A stretch of 64,000 bases of DNA from Mytilus trossulus (Eukaryota), in assembly GCF_036588685.1 (NCBI RefSeq), contig NC_086375.1:76632001-76696000 (forward strand), given 5' to 3'. The stretch's first letter is position 1. Every line of letters starts with the position of its first letter. A model generated the notes under the pieces. That model was not told the DNA's origin, did not search any database, and was given only the letters and a program-made list of their open reading frames with translations. The translations under genes were made by a program, and so were the position numbers. Of the stretch, positions 1-11,292 are shown in pieces.

Positions 1-644
1 AAACTTTCAAAAAGTGAAATAATCAAAATTGACCATTAGGTTTAGTATTTTAAAAGTTTGAACAAGTTTCTAAAATATCAAATTTATAAACGATATTTAG
101 AATTTTGATATTTTGATAATTTGGTTAAAATTTCAAAATTTCAAAACTTTAACACAATTTGAAATTTTGATATTTTAAAACTTTGATCAAAATTCCAAAA
201 ATCTAAAATTTCAAAACTTTTAAAAACTTTGAATTGATAAGTGTTACACGGACCCCATGTAATACATTGTAATCTTCTATAATGCATATATTTTATCATA
301 CTATTATATCTATATAGACAATTGTAATTCAGTTTGGTGGAATGCATTAAAAAAATTCAGAAGAGATCAGCAAGACCTATAATTTGAACTTGAAAGAATC
401 GATTTATTTACAACACAAATCTTTGATAAAGCTGGAAATCAGATGCGGATCAAGGACTCTGAAAAGACGGGGAGGACAGGCCCTAACACTAGACAATTGA
501 TTAGCAAGTTTCACTTATTAATTTTACATTGTGTCATAGATCATATTTAATTCGTTCAGAGTATGCAGACATAGACATATATATGTCTATATGTCTTTGG
601 TGTATGTTCACATTTTTTTATAATCTTTTAGTTTCCTTAATTCA

Positions 645-1185
645 GTAATTCCGTCATTTCGTAATTCCGTCATTCTGTCATTCCGTCATTCCACAACAAA
701 CCATTATACGTTTTTCAATTTTTTTTTCTGTACACCTCATATATTGATTGGGCTGATTATTGGTATGTGATTTAACTACGATGAGTTACAGATCAAGTTT
801 CAGGTTTGGCTAATTTTTGCTGTAATTTCGAACTTTTGGCTTTGATAAAAATTTTTTGAAAATAACAGTTATAGACGGACCTTATTTCTAAATGCTTTCA
901 GATATTGGGCTGATTTTCGGTATGTGAACTAACCAGGATGAGTTACAGTCAAGTTTAAGTTTCGTTCCGCTCCACTAATTTTCTCCAGATTTTAGGGTTT
1001 TCAACTTTGAAAATTGTTGAAAATCACAGTTATATTGACATTTTTCTATATGCCTCCATATTTTGACCTGATTTTTTTTATATGTGAGACTACCATCATG
1101 TTTGTGTCCACATGCGTTATTGAAATTGCAGATTTTTCAACTTTTTGAGACGGGCCATTCGTGTCGCTTTGACACATCTAGTTGT
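645..1185. mobile_element. Non-autonomous Helentron/HINE-like element with an (ATTCCGTC)n tract and an internal ~160-bp duplication
   Basis: ATTCCGTC repeats at ~648-690; two similar blocks (gggctgat...ggtatgtga...gatgagttaca...tcaagttt) near 750 and 908. Family assignment is inferred from layout. Confidence 0.45.
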
Positions 1186-1419
1186 TTTGAATATGTCACT
1201 TGCTTCATTTAAGCCATTTCAATTGATATGTATAGTGTGTCGTTCTTATTTATAATGCTACACTATTGTTTCTGGTAAGTGTGAAGGTTGGTATCGATTA
1301 AAACATTTTTTTTTATATAGATAGACCGTTGGTTTTACAGTTTGAATAGTTTTACACTCGTCACTTTTTGGGACCCTTTATAGCTTGCTGTTCTGGCAAA
1401 GTCCAATATTTTGGCATAA

Positions 1420-1965
1420 TTGATCACTATATGGTTAAAGCATAAATATAAACGACATGCCAGAAACAGCAACATCATCAGAGACTAAACTATTTGCAGA
1501 CGACAGCCTCCTCTATAGAACCATAAACAATCGAATAAGCAGAAAGTTAACTACTGCAGAAAGACCTAACATCATTAGAGGACTGGTAAAATCAATGGTA
1601 AATGAGCTTTAATGCAAAAAAATGCATTGTAATCCGAATGCAATCTGAGAACCGTCCTGTAGTATCAAATATCTACAAACTTCATTGACACACACTTGAC
1701 ACCATTGAAGCAAATGCATAGGTGTACCAATCAGCGATAACCTAACGTGGGACAGACATAAATTATATTGAAAATATAGTGGATAACGGCAACAAAACGA
1801 TTCACAAGACGTAACCTGCATAAACAAGCAACCAGGTTTATAAACAACAATTACATGCCTCACACACGGCTGTGTAACAAACAAGGTAAAATCTTCAAAA
1901 TGGGAAAACCTTGAAGATCACAGGAAACAAGATAGACTAGGCATACTGTTTAAAATAGAAAATGA
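1420..1965 (+). mobile_element. Decayed CR1/L2-type LINE reverse transcriptase fragment
   Basis: Translates to INDMPETATSSETKLFADDSLLYRTI...LQKDLTSLEDW*NQW*MSFNAKKC, containing the RT (F/Y)ADD motif; stops and frameshifts present. Confidence 0.75.
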
Positions 1966-1972
1966 TCTTATA

Positions 1973-2190
1973 GATATACATCGGCAACAACAATAGAAGA
2001 CGCCAACCGATATACATCGGCAACAACAATAGCAGACGCCAACCGATATACATCGGCAACAACAATAAAAGACGCCAACCGATATACATCGGCAACACAA
2101 TAACAGACGCCAACCGATATAGATCGGCAACAACAATAGCAGACGCCAACCGATATAGACCGGCAACAACAATAGCAGACGCCAACTGAT
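1973..2190. repeat. 36-bp minisatellite, ~6 copies
   Basis: Unit gatatacatcggcaacaacaatagcagacgccaacc repeated; it explains the three repetitive ORFs at 1918-2235. Confidence 0.9.
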
Positions 2191-2399
2191 AGTCTCCAAG
2201 AAAGGGCAACACAACAGACGCTTTCGGTCAATCATTCTCTGTGTTGTACGACGCCCCGTTTAGTTTTCGCGAAAACTTATACATTCAATCGTTGAATTTG
2301 GTTTCCTGCCTGGAATAATCATAAGAAGAAGACACATCGATGTTGTTTTAAATATAAATGTAAAAATGCAACGAAATATCATTATGGACAATTGCATTG

Positions 2400-3887
2400 T
2401 CACATATATGTTGTGTCTAACAGAGAACAAATTCTTAAAAGGCCTGAGATTAATTGTTCATTGCACTGAATACCCGTGTCCGTTCTGCTTAAATACCGGA
2501 GGTCGGGACAATTCTTGACCAGGTATAAAAGTGTGTCATTGGAAGTACTTAGACATCCGAATAAATTGAGCCTTTTTAAATGTGAATGCTTTTTGGTGCT
2601 TGATCCACTTGTCTCTATTTGAATGTTTTCTGCGCAATCCAATCCGTCTGTTAAAGTTGATGAAGTGTTCCTTAAATCTGTATTTGATTGCTCCAAACCT
2701 ATTCCACGGCAACATGACAATTCTAATGTTTCCATATATATACACGAATTAATCAAGTATAGTACACCGTCTTTTGTTAACTCGTCACATTCTTTGAAGC
2801 GGGCAAACTTTAGTAATGGACAGTTGTTTCCTATTGCAATCAATGATGCATCTGTGAATTGTGCACCCTTTTCAAAAGATACTTTCTGCAAAAACGTGCA
2901 AGACTGCGCAAGGAGGACGACGCTGTCATCATTAATATTCCAAATAAAATGTGTATGCAGTGTTTTCAACTTAGGACAACCTTGAGCAACTGACAACAGT
3001 CCATCGTTACCAATTTTAGTTTGCATGTGGTTTCCAAAAGTTAAATGTTCTAACGAAGGACAATTTTGACCGATGAAAGATATGCCCAGGTCTGTGATAG
3101 CTTCACAATCTTTAACATTGATCGATACTAATTGGTTCGAACAACTTGTTAGCCATTCGAGACCTTGGTCGTCAAATAGATTGGAATGTATTGCTATCTT
3201 TGTCAAGTTAAGATGTAACTTTTTAAAAAGTTGATTTGATACGTAGTTACTTGATAGACAAAGGAAGGTAATTTGAGGATTCCCTTCAATAATGCGCGTC
3301 AAATCACTCTCATCATGCGAATGTAATGTACGTATTGATAATTGCTTAATATTTGGCTGTGCTCCAAGGAAAGACAATAAATACTTGTCAAAATCTGGTT
3401 GCTTGTCCTCATTATAGTAGCCTACGTCAAAGTTAATAAATTTCTTCTTTGACAAAACTTTAAACATATTTTTTACGTCAACCCCAACAACCGCCCATAT
3501 CTTTATGCTTTCCAAACAGGGACATCTATTACAAATTTCAGCAAATATTTTTCCTGATCGTAAAAGATCTGCAGAAATATCGATGCTTTTAAGGCTTGCA
3601 AATTTGACATGCTTGTCGTATTTCAATAGTTTCCAAAAAAGTTCTTCTGTTATTTTAAGATTAACAATGTAATTGACCAGTTTATGTTTGACTAAAGAAC
3701 GGTAAAATCGATTAAGTTTATCTTTGCGATATTCATATATGTATTCAACATAATTCCAAAGACATATCGATGTTGTCAGATCTCTCAAAATGTGACAAAC
3801 GTTGCGGATGACAAAAAGTAAATCTGCCTGTGTGAGAAATGATAGAATCTTCACCAATACTTCGGGCGGCAATTTGTCGATAGTCAT
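2400..3887 (-). CDS. F-box/leucine-rich-repeat protein (FBXL-like SCF substrate adaptor), 495 aa, single coding exon
   Basis: N-terminal F-box (IDKLPPEVLVKILSFL..DL...VC); Cys-containing LRRs (ITDLGISFIGQNCPSLEHL, LSVAQGCPKLKTL, LIAIGNNCPLLK). A splice acceptor tttcag lies 5 nt upstream of the ATG (AG at 3893-3894), implying a 5'UTR intron. Confidence 0.93.
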   Translation of the reverse strand: MTIDKLPPEVLVKILSFLTQADLLFVIRNVCHILRDLTTSICLWNYVEYIYEYRKDKLNRFYRSLVKHKLVNYIVNLKITEELFWKLLKYDKHVKFASLKSIDISADLLRSGKIFAEICNRCPCLESIKIWAVVGVDVKNMFKVLSKKKFINFDVGYYNEDKQPDFDKYLLSFLGAQPNIKQLSIRTLHSHDESDLTRIIEGNPQITFLCLSSNYVSNQLFKKLHLNLTKIAIHSNLFDDQGLEWLTSCSNQLVSINVKDCEAITDLGISFIGQNCPSLEHLTFGNHMQTKIGNDGLLSVAQGCPKLKTLHTHFIWNINDDSVVLLAQSCTFLQKVSFEKGAQFTDASLIAIGNNCPLLKFARFKECDELTKDGVLYLINSCIYMETLELSCCRGIGLEQSNTDLRNTSSTLTDGLDCAENIQIETSGSSTKKHSHLKRLNLFGCLSTSNDTLLYLVKNCPDLRYLSRTDTGIQCNEQLISGLLRICSLLDTTYM

Positions 3888-4744
3888 ATTGTCTGAAATG
3901 AAAAATAAAATGGAGTTTAAAAATAAGTTTGCTAATAGATGCTAAAAACAGTAGGTAGCAAAGAAACTATGCTCAGTTTGTACAATAATGTTTTAGTCAA
4001 TCCTTGAAACCATTCACATACTATATAAAAAGATAAATGAAAGTTTTGTTTCTTTTTCCAATTTTCTGTTCATCTCGAATGACTTCCGGTATTAAAATGA
4101 TTGTTCATATTTCTCTTGATGATTTAATAAAACAGGGGTGGTGATTTTATTTCTTCTTGTATCTAAATAAAGGCAACTGTAGAAGTCTGCTGTTCGAAAG
4201 TACTGAATCGATTTTAAGAAAAAATATGCGGGTTACAAACTAAAACTAAAGGAAACACATCAACTATCAGAGCTAGAAAACAAAAAAACAAACGACAATG
4301 CAACACATATAATAACGAACTATAAGATAACAGTTGCCATTTTCCTGACTTGCTTAAATCCTGAGTGCAGTTTGTGATATTTAAATTTAAATAATCAATA
4401 ATTTTTAAACTCTTTGCCGGGCTGAAAAGATTATTGAATTAAAAAATCAAACAGTGTTATTTATCTACAAAAAAAAACCCCATAAAAAACATCATCGAGA
4501 TGTCTATAAGACTTTAATCATATATCAATATTCATATCCCTCATTCATAGCTCCAAACCGCTGTCCGGTACGGCCTTTACTTTTAAACCTTTTTATTTTG
4601 ACCAGCTCTTTCGTGGATACTACGTTTGAAGCAGAAACTGTTAAACCTTCCACAACACCTGAGATATCTTTCTTTATGGAGGGTGACTTCTTATAATGAA
4701 ACAATTAAACCAAAAGCTTTACGTAGTGAATATTAAGTCAACCA

Positions 4745-5120
4745 TTTGAAAATTGCACGGAGGCCACAGTGAGTTGGTTAACCGTTATGGAATATCTGTT
4801 TCACAGATGACGACAGATATGTTCTCAATGTCATAAACACAGTTCCCTCAGCTTTTCCTCGAATGTGATCTACCGAATTTGACTTATCACCGTGGTTGTA
4901 CATTTATGAGTAACTTGACAGGTGCAAAATGTGTAGCAAGATCTGCCTACCCTTTCGGATCACCTCTGTTTTTTTAATGGGGTTGGTTTGCTCTGTATTT
5001 GGTTTTTAAGTTGACTTTTGTAAACTGCTGTTTGTCTTTGGTAGTTTTGTTTCCCCATCGCATACTTAGTTTTTGACTTCTGAGTTTGACTATTCATTTG
5101 ATATCTTCCGCCTATTTTTT
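4745..5120 (+). mobile_element. Diverged 3' fragment of the Penelope-like family seen at 9183-10149
   Basis: aaaattgcacggaggccac...gagttggttaaccgttatggaatatctgtttcacagatga resembles the KFYGRHHELVDRYGITVSQM end and 3' region of the other copies. Confidence 0.6.
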
Positions 5121-5784
5121 CATAATCCCTGTCCCCGCATGGTCTGTTATTTTATACCTTTGGGAATTTATTATAATGGAACTACACCTTTTCTATACTA
5201 AAGCAAAACACAATTCACTATTTCAAGAGGCCCTGCATATTTCCATCATTGAAAGTAATATGACTCTAAATACAGATCGAATGTAACGATAGTGTACATT
5301 GCTTACTGTTAGCTTTTCACAACAATTACACGTTCTCCCTTAGACGGAAAACGAAATTTTTTTCTTAGATGGATTGAATGCCATTAATTAATATTAACAA
5401 AAAGTAAAATCATAAAAATCATAAAAATACCGAACTCCGAGAAAAAGTAAAATAGGAATTTGACTTTCCGTATTCAAATGGCAAAATCAAAAGCTCACAC
5501 ACATCAAACGAATGGATAACAACCGTCTCGGTACAGTACACTCCACCATACATCTGTACAGAAAATAATACACGGTCAGCAGTACTTCAAAAACAAAACT
5601 ACACCTGTCATTTTGTATACCTATAACAAACCTATTACTTCAAATGTTTTTAACCACAATAGGTTATATTAAAATAAATTTATTCTCGGGGATATAAATG
5701 TTAGACCACCCCATTGCTCTTAGTCTCGTTAAAAGTGTAGTCTAGCTCGCCGTTTTGTCAATTTCTCGATATAAGTGAAGCTAT

Positions 5785-6690
5785 AAAAGAGGGACGAAAA
5801 ATATCAGAGGGACAGACAAACTAATAGATTGAAAGTAAGTGAAAACGCCATGGCTAAAAATAAAAAAAAACACCAAAAAACAGACAAATAATAGTACAGA
5901 AGACACAACAAATAATACTAGACTAAACAACACGAACACTCCCAAAATCTTGGGGTGATCTCAGGTTCTCCGGGAGGATAAGCAGATCCTCCTCCACATG
6001 TAGCACCCATCGTGATGCTTATGTTATTACAAATCCGATAAATAGTCGTTATTCGGTGATCACATTTGTGAAAAGGGATGGGTATTGTAGTTACGACATA
6101 AGGACCATATCCAATATCATCTGTGAAACGATTATTCCGTCACGGTCAACCAACTCATGATGGCGTCCGTAAAATTTACAAAGGAATGGTTTCAACTTCA
6201 CCATTTGGAAATTTAGGTTTAATAGCTTCCTTGTGAGCAGCAATTCTCTATCAAGGACATTATGATAGGAAAAACAAGCCCGGGAATATCGTATCAATTG
6301 GGAGATATATACCCCGTATGCAGGCGCTGCTGGAATGTTGCTTCATAGAAATGGAAAGTTCACAATTTGGAAGCTGAAATCATCTATCGTAAAGTTTTGT
6401 TTTCAACCGACCCTCATTGTCAATTTAAAGATGTAAATCAGGATATGAGACAGACTTAACTGTATCTGTAGTATCCTTTATTTCTAGTTCGATAGGATAG
6501 ATTCGTTTAACATAGTCAACACATTTTGTATTATTTAGTGAGAGACCATTATCTATATATCAGAATGTAAAGTTAAAGGATATTACTAATTTCTTGTCTT
6601 TCTTCCTAAGAAGTTCCTGTATGAAGTCAGCCTCATAAATAATAAAGAAACAAGTCTGCGAGAAGTGGGGCGTAATTGGTTCCCATTGGT
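5785..6690 (-). mobile_element. 5'-truncated Penelope-like retroelement (RT C-terminal part), degenerate
   Basis: Reverse-complement homologue of 9183-10149; encodes NIPAAPAYGVYISQLIRYSRACFSY...LLLTRKLLN..FYGRHHELVDR. Further, more decayed RT pieces at ~6740-7230. Confidence 0.85.
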
Positions 6691-7637
6691 TTTCATTTTC
6701 AGATCGAAGCTCCAATTGAATTCTTCCTGATTTAAATAAAGAAACAAGTTGACAAGAAATGAATCATTTTGATCCCATGAAATGCGGATTGCGTGTACAA
6801 AAACACGTCCTGCAAATGTAGTAAATATGTTGTCATTAAAAAATCAACATTTTTGATTTTTGATAAATTAATGTCTGCATGCGTCATATATAATTTGGTT
6901 GAATCAGATTTGTACAAAACTACAATATATCCCTCCCCGAAAAAAGATACTTGTATATATGTTTACCATTCCTTTTATGAAACAAAGCTGGACCAATACT
7001 TTCGATTTGTCTTTTAGTTTATAATGGAGATTCGCTTTACACAAGCATTCTGAGAATACTTGTGTAGTTGATAGAAATGTTTGGTACTCTAACAGATCTA
7101 CACAACGTTCTAGAATTCATATCGGATTTTATACACCACCTCTTGGGTAGATAGTTTCAAAAAACTTTCAACAAGGCTATGATTGCTGATATATAAAGTG
7201 ATATTATATATATTTAGATGTCATAGATCCATATGTCTATGCTTCAATGCTGTAGATTGATATCATTGTAGAATAAAGTAAAACATAATGAGTGTAGATT
7301 GTATATAACAGGCGTATATTATTTAAAAATAGAATATATAGATAAATATTTACTTACAAGAATTTATTCTGAAAGCAATGTCTTAATCGTGTCAACTATC
7401 TATTTACAAATAAGCTGCAATCTTTTATTGATAAATTTATAACACACTATTTTATACGTGTGCTCACACCAAAGTGATATCACTATAAACATCGTGATTC
7501 ATTTTGTTTACCTGAATTATAGGCCAGACAAATCTATATTTATGTTATAATATTATTTGTTTGTAAGCACAAAGCTTGATGGGTCTTTCGTTTATCCGAT
7601 TATATTTTCAGAATCTAAACAAGGCTTACAGAATTCA

Positions 7638-8350
7638 TTTAAGAATTGAATGCTTCTTTTTGTAAATTTATTGGGGTGTAAAAGCGTTGACCGAAGTATA
7701 TTTTGTATGAAGCGCGGAAGCGCTTCATTCTAAAAATGTACGCACGGTCAACGCTTTTACAACCCTATAAAGTTACAAAAAGAAGCATTCAATACTTATA
7801 ATTACATTTTTTTAGCTAGGATCACGAAAACACGATTTTTATCCAGTTTTATTTAATTCACCTGTGCACTTTATTGTGGGACCTCGTGTCATCATGCATG
7901 ATAAATGTTATTGTCTCATGCAATTGTTTACGGAATAACATGTGATGTGCTGTTAGCCAATCAGAATAACGTATTATAATGAAACATACATCTAATGTAA
8001 TTATTAAACTATTGTGAAAATAAGTTAATCATAAAACAAATACATCTGGATGTATTAAAATGCATAGCACTTTATGATTTATATAAACAACATTATACGT
8101 ATCTTGGAATCTGTTAGCGTTTTCGGAAGTAGAAAAAAAAGATATATAACCAAATAATTACATTGGATGCATGTTTTACTATAATACTTGATTCTGATTG
8201 GCTAACTGCACATCACGTGTTATTCCTTAAGCAATTGCATTACTCAATACAACTGTTCATTCATGAAAACACGAGGTCCAACAATAAAGTGCACAGGTGA
8301 ATAAAATAAAAAAAAATAGTGTTTTCATGATTCTAGCTATAAAAAATGTA
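7638..8350. mobile_element. Hairpin-containing non-autonomous element (possibly Crypton-type) plus an inverted partial copy
   Basis: Imperfect ~160-bp palindrome at 7640-7800 (gaatgcttcttttt...aaaaagaagcattc); 7800-8003 is repeated in inverted orientation at ~8154-8350. Confidence 0.55.
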
Positions 8351-8764
8351 TTTACTTTACCAAAAATATAAAAAATCAAAAACTTTCAACCAACCGTTTT
8401 GTCAGAAAAATTACACTGGTTATATAGCAGTTTGACAAACACCAATTTTGATCAACCAAAACATAGATACACATTAATACTACTGTTGCCTTTATATAAT
8501 ACACATTATTACATCTATCTGTCAAACCAAAAATGTCCTCACACAGAATGCTCTTATATTTGGTTAACAGCTTCATGTGCTACGCTTTAAGAGCTCATCT
8601 TCAACACGCTGCTGAATATGAAGTTATTCTTATCTGTTGTGTCAGAGAAGTGTATGACGAAAATATTTGCTGCACAAACGGATGGAAAGACGAATAAGGT
8701 GATTAAAAGTTGGTCCTTACTTTAAGAGTGGGTGTATTCCACATGTTTCAGGATTCCTTTCTCT

Positions 8765-9060
8765 CGAATAAGGCAACAGTAGTATACCGCTGTTCGAAAT
8801 TCACAAATCGATTGAAAAAAAACCAAATCCGGGTTACAAACTAAAACTGAGGGAAACACACCAAATATAAGAGAACAACGACACGACAGAAACACTAAAA
8901 TGCAACACACATAGAAACGAACTATAATATAACGATTGCCATTATCCTGACTTAGTACTGGACATTTTAAGAAAAAACAGTGGGTTGAACCTGATTTAAG
9001 GCTAGCCAAACCTCCCGTTTTTATGGCAATGTTAACTTTAACATTAAAATGACACAAATG
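8765..9060 (+). repeat. Interspersed repeat family (other copies at ~4165-4350, ~47050-47165 reverse, ~60510-60660)
   Basis: Shared core aaggcaacagtagtataccgctgttcgaa...aatccgggttacaaactaaaactgagggaaac. Confidence 0.75.
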
Positions 9061-9084
9061 GAATGAACACGCAGATTAAAAACT

Positions 9085-9125
9085 GCATCATCATCATCAT
9101 CATCATCATATTATTATTATTATTA
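9085..9125. repeat. Compound (CAT)n(TAT)n microsatellite
   Basis: Read directly from the sequence. Confidence 0.9.
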
Positions 9126-9182
9126 ACGCAATCATTGAGAACACTGTGGCAAAGAAACTAACATTACTCTCAGTTAGTAGTC

Positions 9183-10149
9183 TTCTCTGAAACTGATATT
9201 ATCAAGATGCTTGATTTCTTGATTGATAACATATTGGTTACGTTCGGAGGACGTGTTTTTCAACAGACTGTCGGCATTACAATGGGAACAAACTATTCCC
9301 CTCTACTTGCCGACTTGTTTCTTTATTATTATAAGGCTGAATTCATGCAGGAACTTCTTAGGAAGAAAGATAAGAAGTTAACAATATCCTTTAACTCTAC
9401 TTTCCGCTATATAGATCAATGTTCTTTCACTAAATAATTCAAAATTTTGTGACTATGTGGAACACATCTATCCCGTCGAGCTAGAGATAAAGGATACTAC
9501 AGATACAGTTAAGTCGGCATCATATCTTGACTTACATCTAGAAATTGACAATGAGGGATGATTTCAGCTTTCCAATTGTGAACTTCCTACTTCTAAGTAG
9601 CAACTTTCCATCAGCACCTGTATACGGGGTATATATCACCCAATTGATATATTCCCGTGCTTGCATTTCCTATCATGATTTTCTTGATAGAGGGTTGCTG
9701 CTCACAAGGAAGCTTTTAAACCAAGAGTTCCAAATGGTGAAGTTGAAGTTATCCCTTCGTAAATTTTACGGACGCCATCACGAGTTGGTTGACCTTTGTG
9801 GAATAACCGTTTCACAAATGATATCGGATATGTTCCTTACGTCGTAACTACAATCCCCTTCCCTTTCATGAATGTGACCTACCGAATCAGACTATTTAAC
9901 GGATTTGTAATCACATAAGCAACACGACGGATGCCATATGTGAAGCAGGATTTTCTTACCTTTCTGAGATCACCTGAGATCACCCCTAGTTTTTTGGTGG
10001 GGTTCGTGTTGTTTATTCTTAAGTTTTCTATGTTGTGTCATGTGCACTATTGTTTGTCTGTTTGTCTTTTTCATTTTTAGCCATGGAGTTGTCAGTATGT
10101 TTTAGATTAATGAGTTTGACTGTCCCTTTGGTATCTTTCGTCCCTCTTT
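9183..10149 (+). mobile_element. 5'-truncated Penelope-like retroelement, RT fragment with frameshifts
   Basis: MLDFLIDNILVTFGGRVFQQTVGITMGTNYSPLLADLFL...FRYID...SYLDL...RDDFSFPIVNF: PLE-type RT motifs (Q..G.PMG...P..A.LF, RYIDD, YLDL). Confidence 0.88.
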
Positions 10150-11292
10150 CTTAAGATCCATAGGACAAAATCTTCAGGAGATTTCTGTTTCTTTGTTGAC
10201 AAGTTTTCCCTTGGATTATTATGTGTTTGAATATTTCACATCAGTGAGTTGAAACCCTAGCGTTTGCTCAATTGCATTACTCTATGAACTTGATATTCTG
10301 ATACAAACTGTGTATGAAAGTATCATTTAAAACAGGCTAATGTACAGTAGAAGCACTGTTAATGGGCAATTGGTACCATCTGTGACTACTATGAAGCCAG
10401 AAATACATTATACTACCATGGCAAGGGTAAAACAAAAATGTATAGTGGATGATTACTGTGCTCATTACAAGTTTTTTGTCAAAATGAAGCTAATTTTAAA
10501 AAGTCCACTAATGCTACCCCTTATATAAGTATTTCAAAAAAGGAAGTCTGTTAATGCCAAATGTGCAAATACTTACAAGAAGCTTGATACCAAATACCAA
10601 GATGCTTTTATTTAAAGTTCTCAAAGGAAATTCGAAAATGCAACAAATTTTCATTCATGGTCATTTATGTGAGAAAATATTTATTATATGTATAAACACA
10701 AACTGAATGTGAACCTGTAAAACCTGCATCATATAGTAAAGCATGCTCACATGCAGTCTGTCAAATTAACTCTGATTCTGAGTTCCTGAGAAAATGTTAC
10801 AAAGTTCATATAATTATGTAAAAGAAAGTTAATGAAATCAATGTGAATGCATCACCTGGTGTAGCAGCTTACATCAAGCTTGTCAGATAGTTCTAATTTG
10901 TAACACCTGTGAAATATACAACAAAAATTCTGTGGGTGAACAAGTATTCCCCATCCTTGCAAATTAAGATACAATACCAATCAAAACAGTATATTGTTAG
11001 CACTTAATAAAACTCCATAAGCAGGAAATAATGAAAATATAAAGCAATTCTTTTAATTTGCATTTTTTTAATAAAACATAACTTGCATAATTTGTATAAA
11101 TAAGATTCTTCAATAAATTCTGTTTATATAACATGAACAAATTTTATTTGTCCATTCATTTTGACATAAACAAGCAATTAATTTCAATCGAGTTGCTAAA
11201 TGTTTTCCTCTTGTATGTCAGAAAATGATGATAAACATAACTATTTCTCTGTTATCAACCAGGCTTTTGAGCCAGAAGAATGAATTGCATTA

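Noticed and set aside
1-240. AT-rich quasi-repeats (tttcaaaa / ttttgat)
   Set aside because: Low-complexity end of a repeat truncated by the window; no further structure can be supported.
1918-2235. Three overlapping Cys/Leu-rich repetitive ORFs; possible CRISPR-like array
   Set aside because: They are translations of a 36-bp minisatellite. There are no unique spacers and the context is eukaryotic.
4525-4700. Open stretch on the - strand (KKSPSIKKDISGVVEG...GAMNEGYEY*)
   Set aside because: No recognisable homology and no partner exons; C5orf34 already terminates at 11293.
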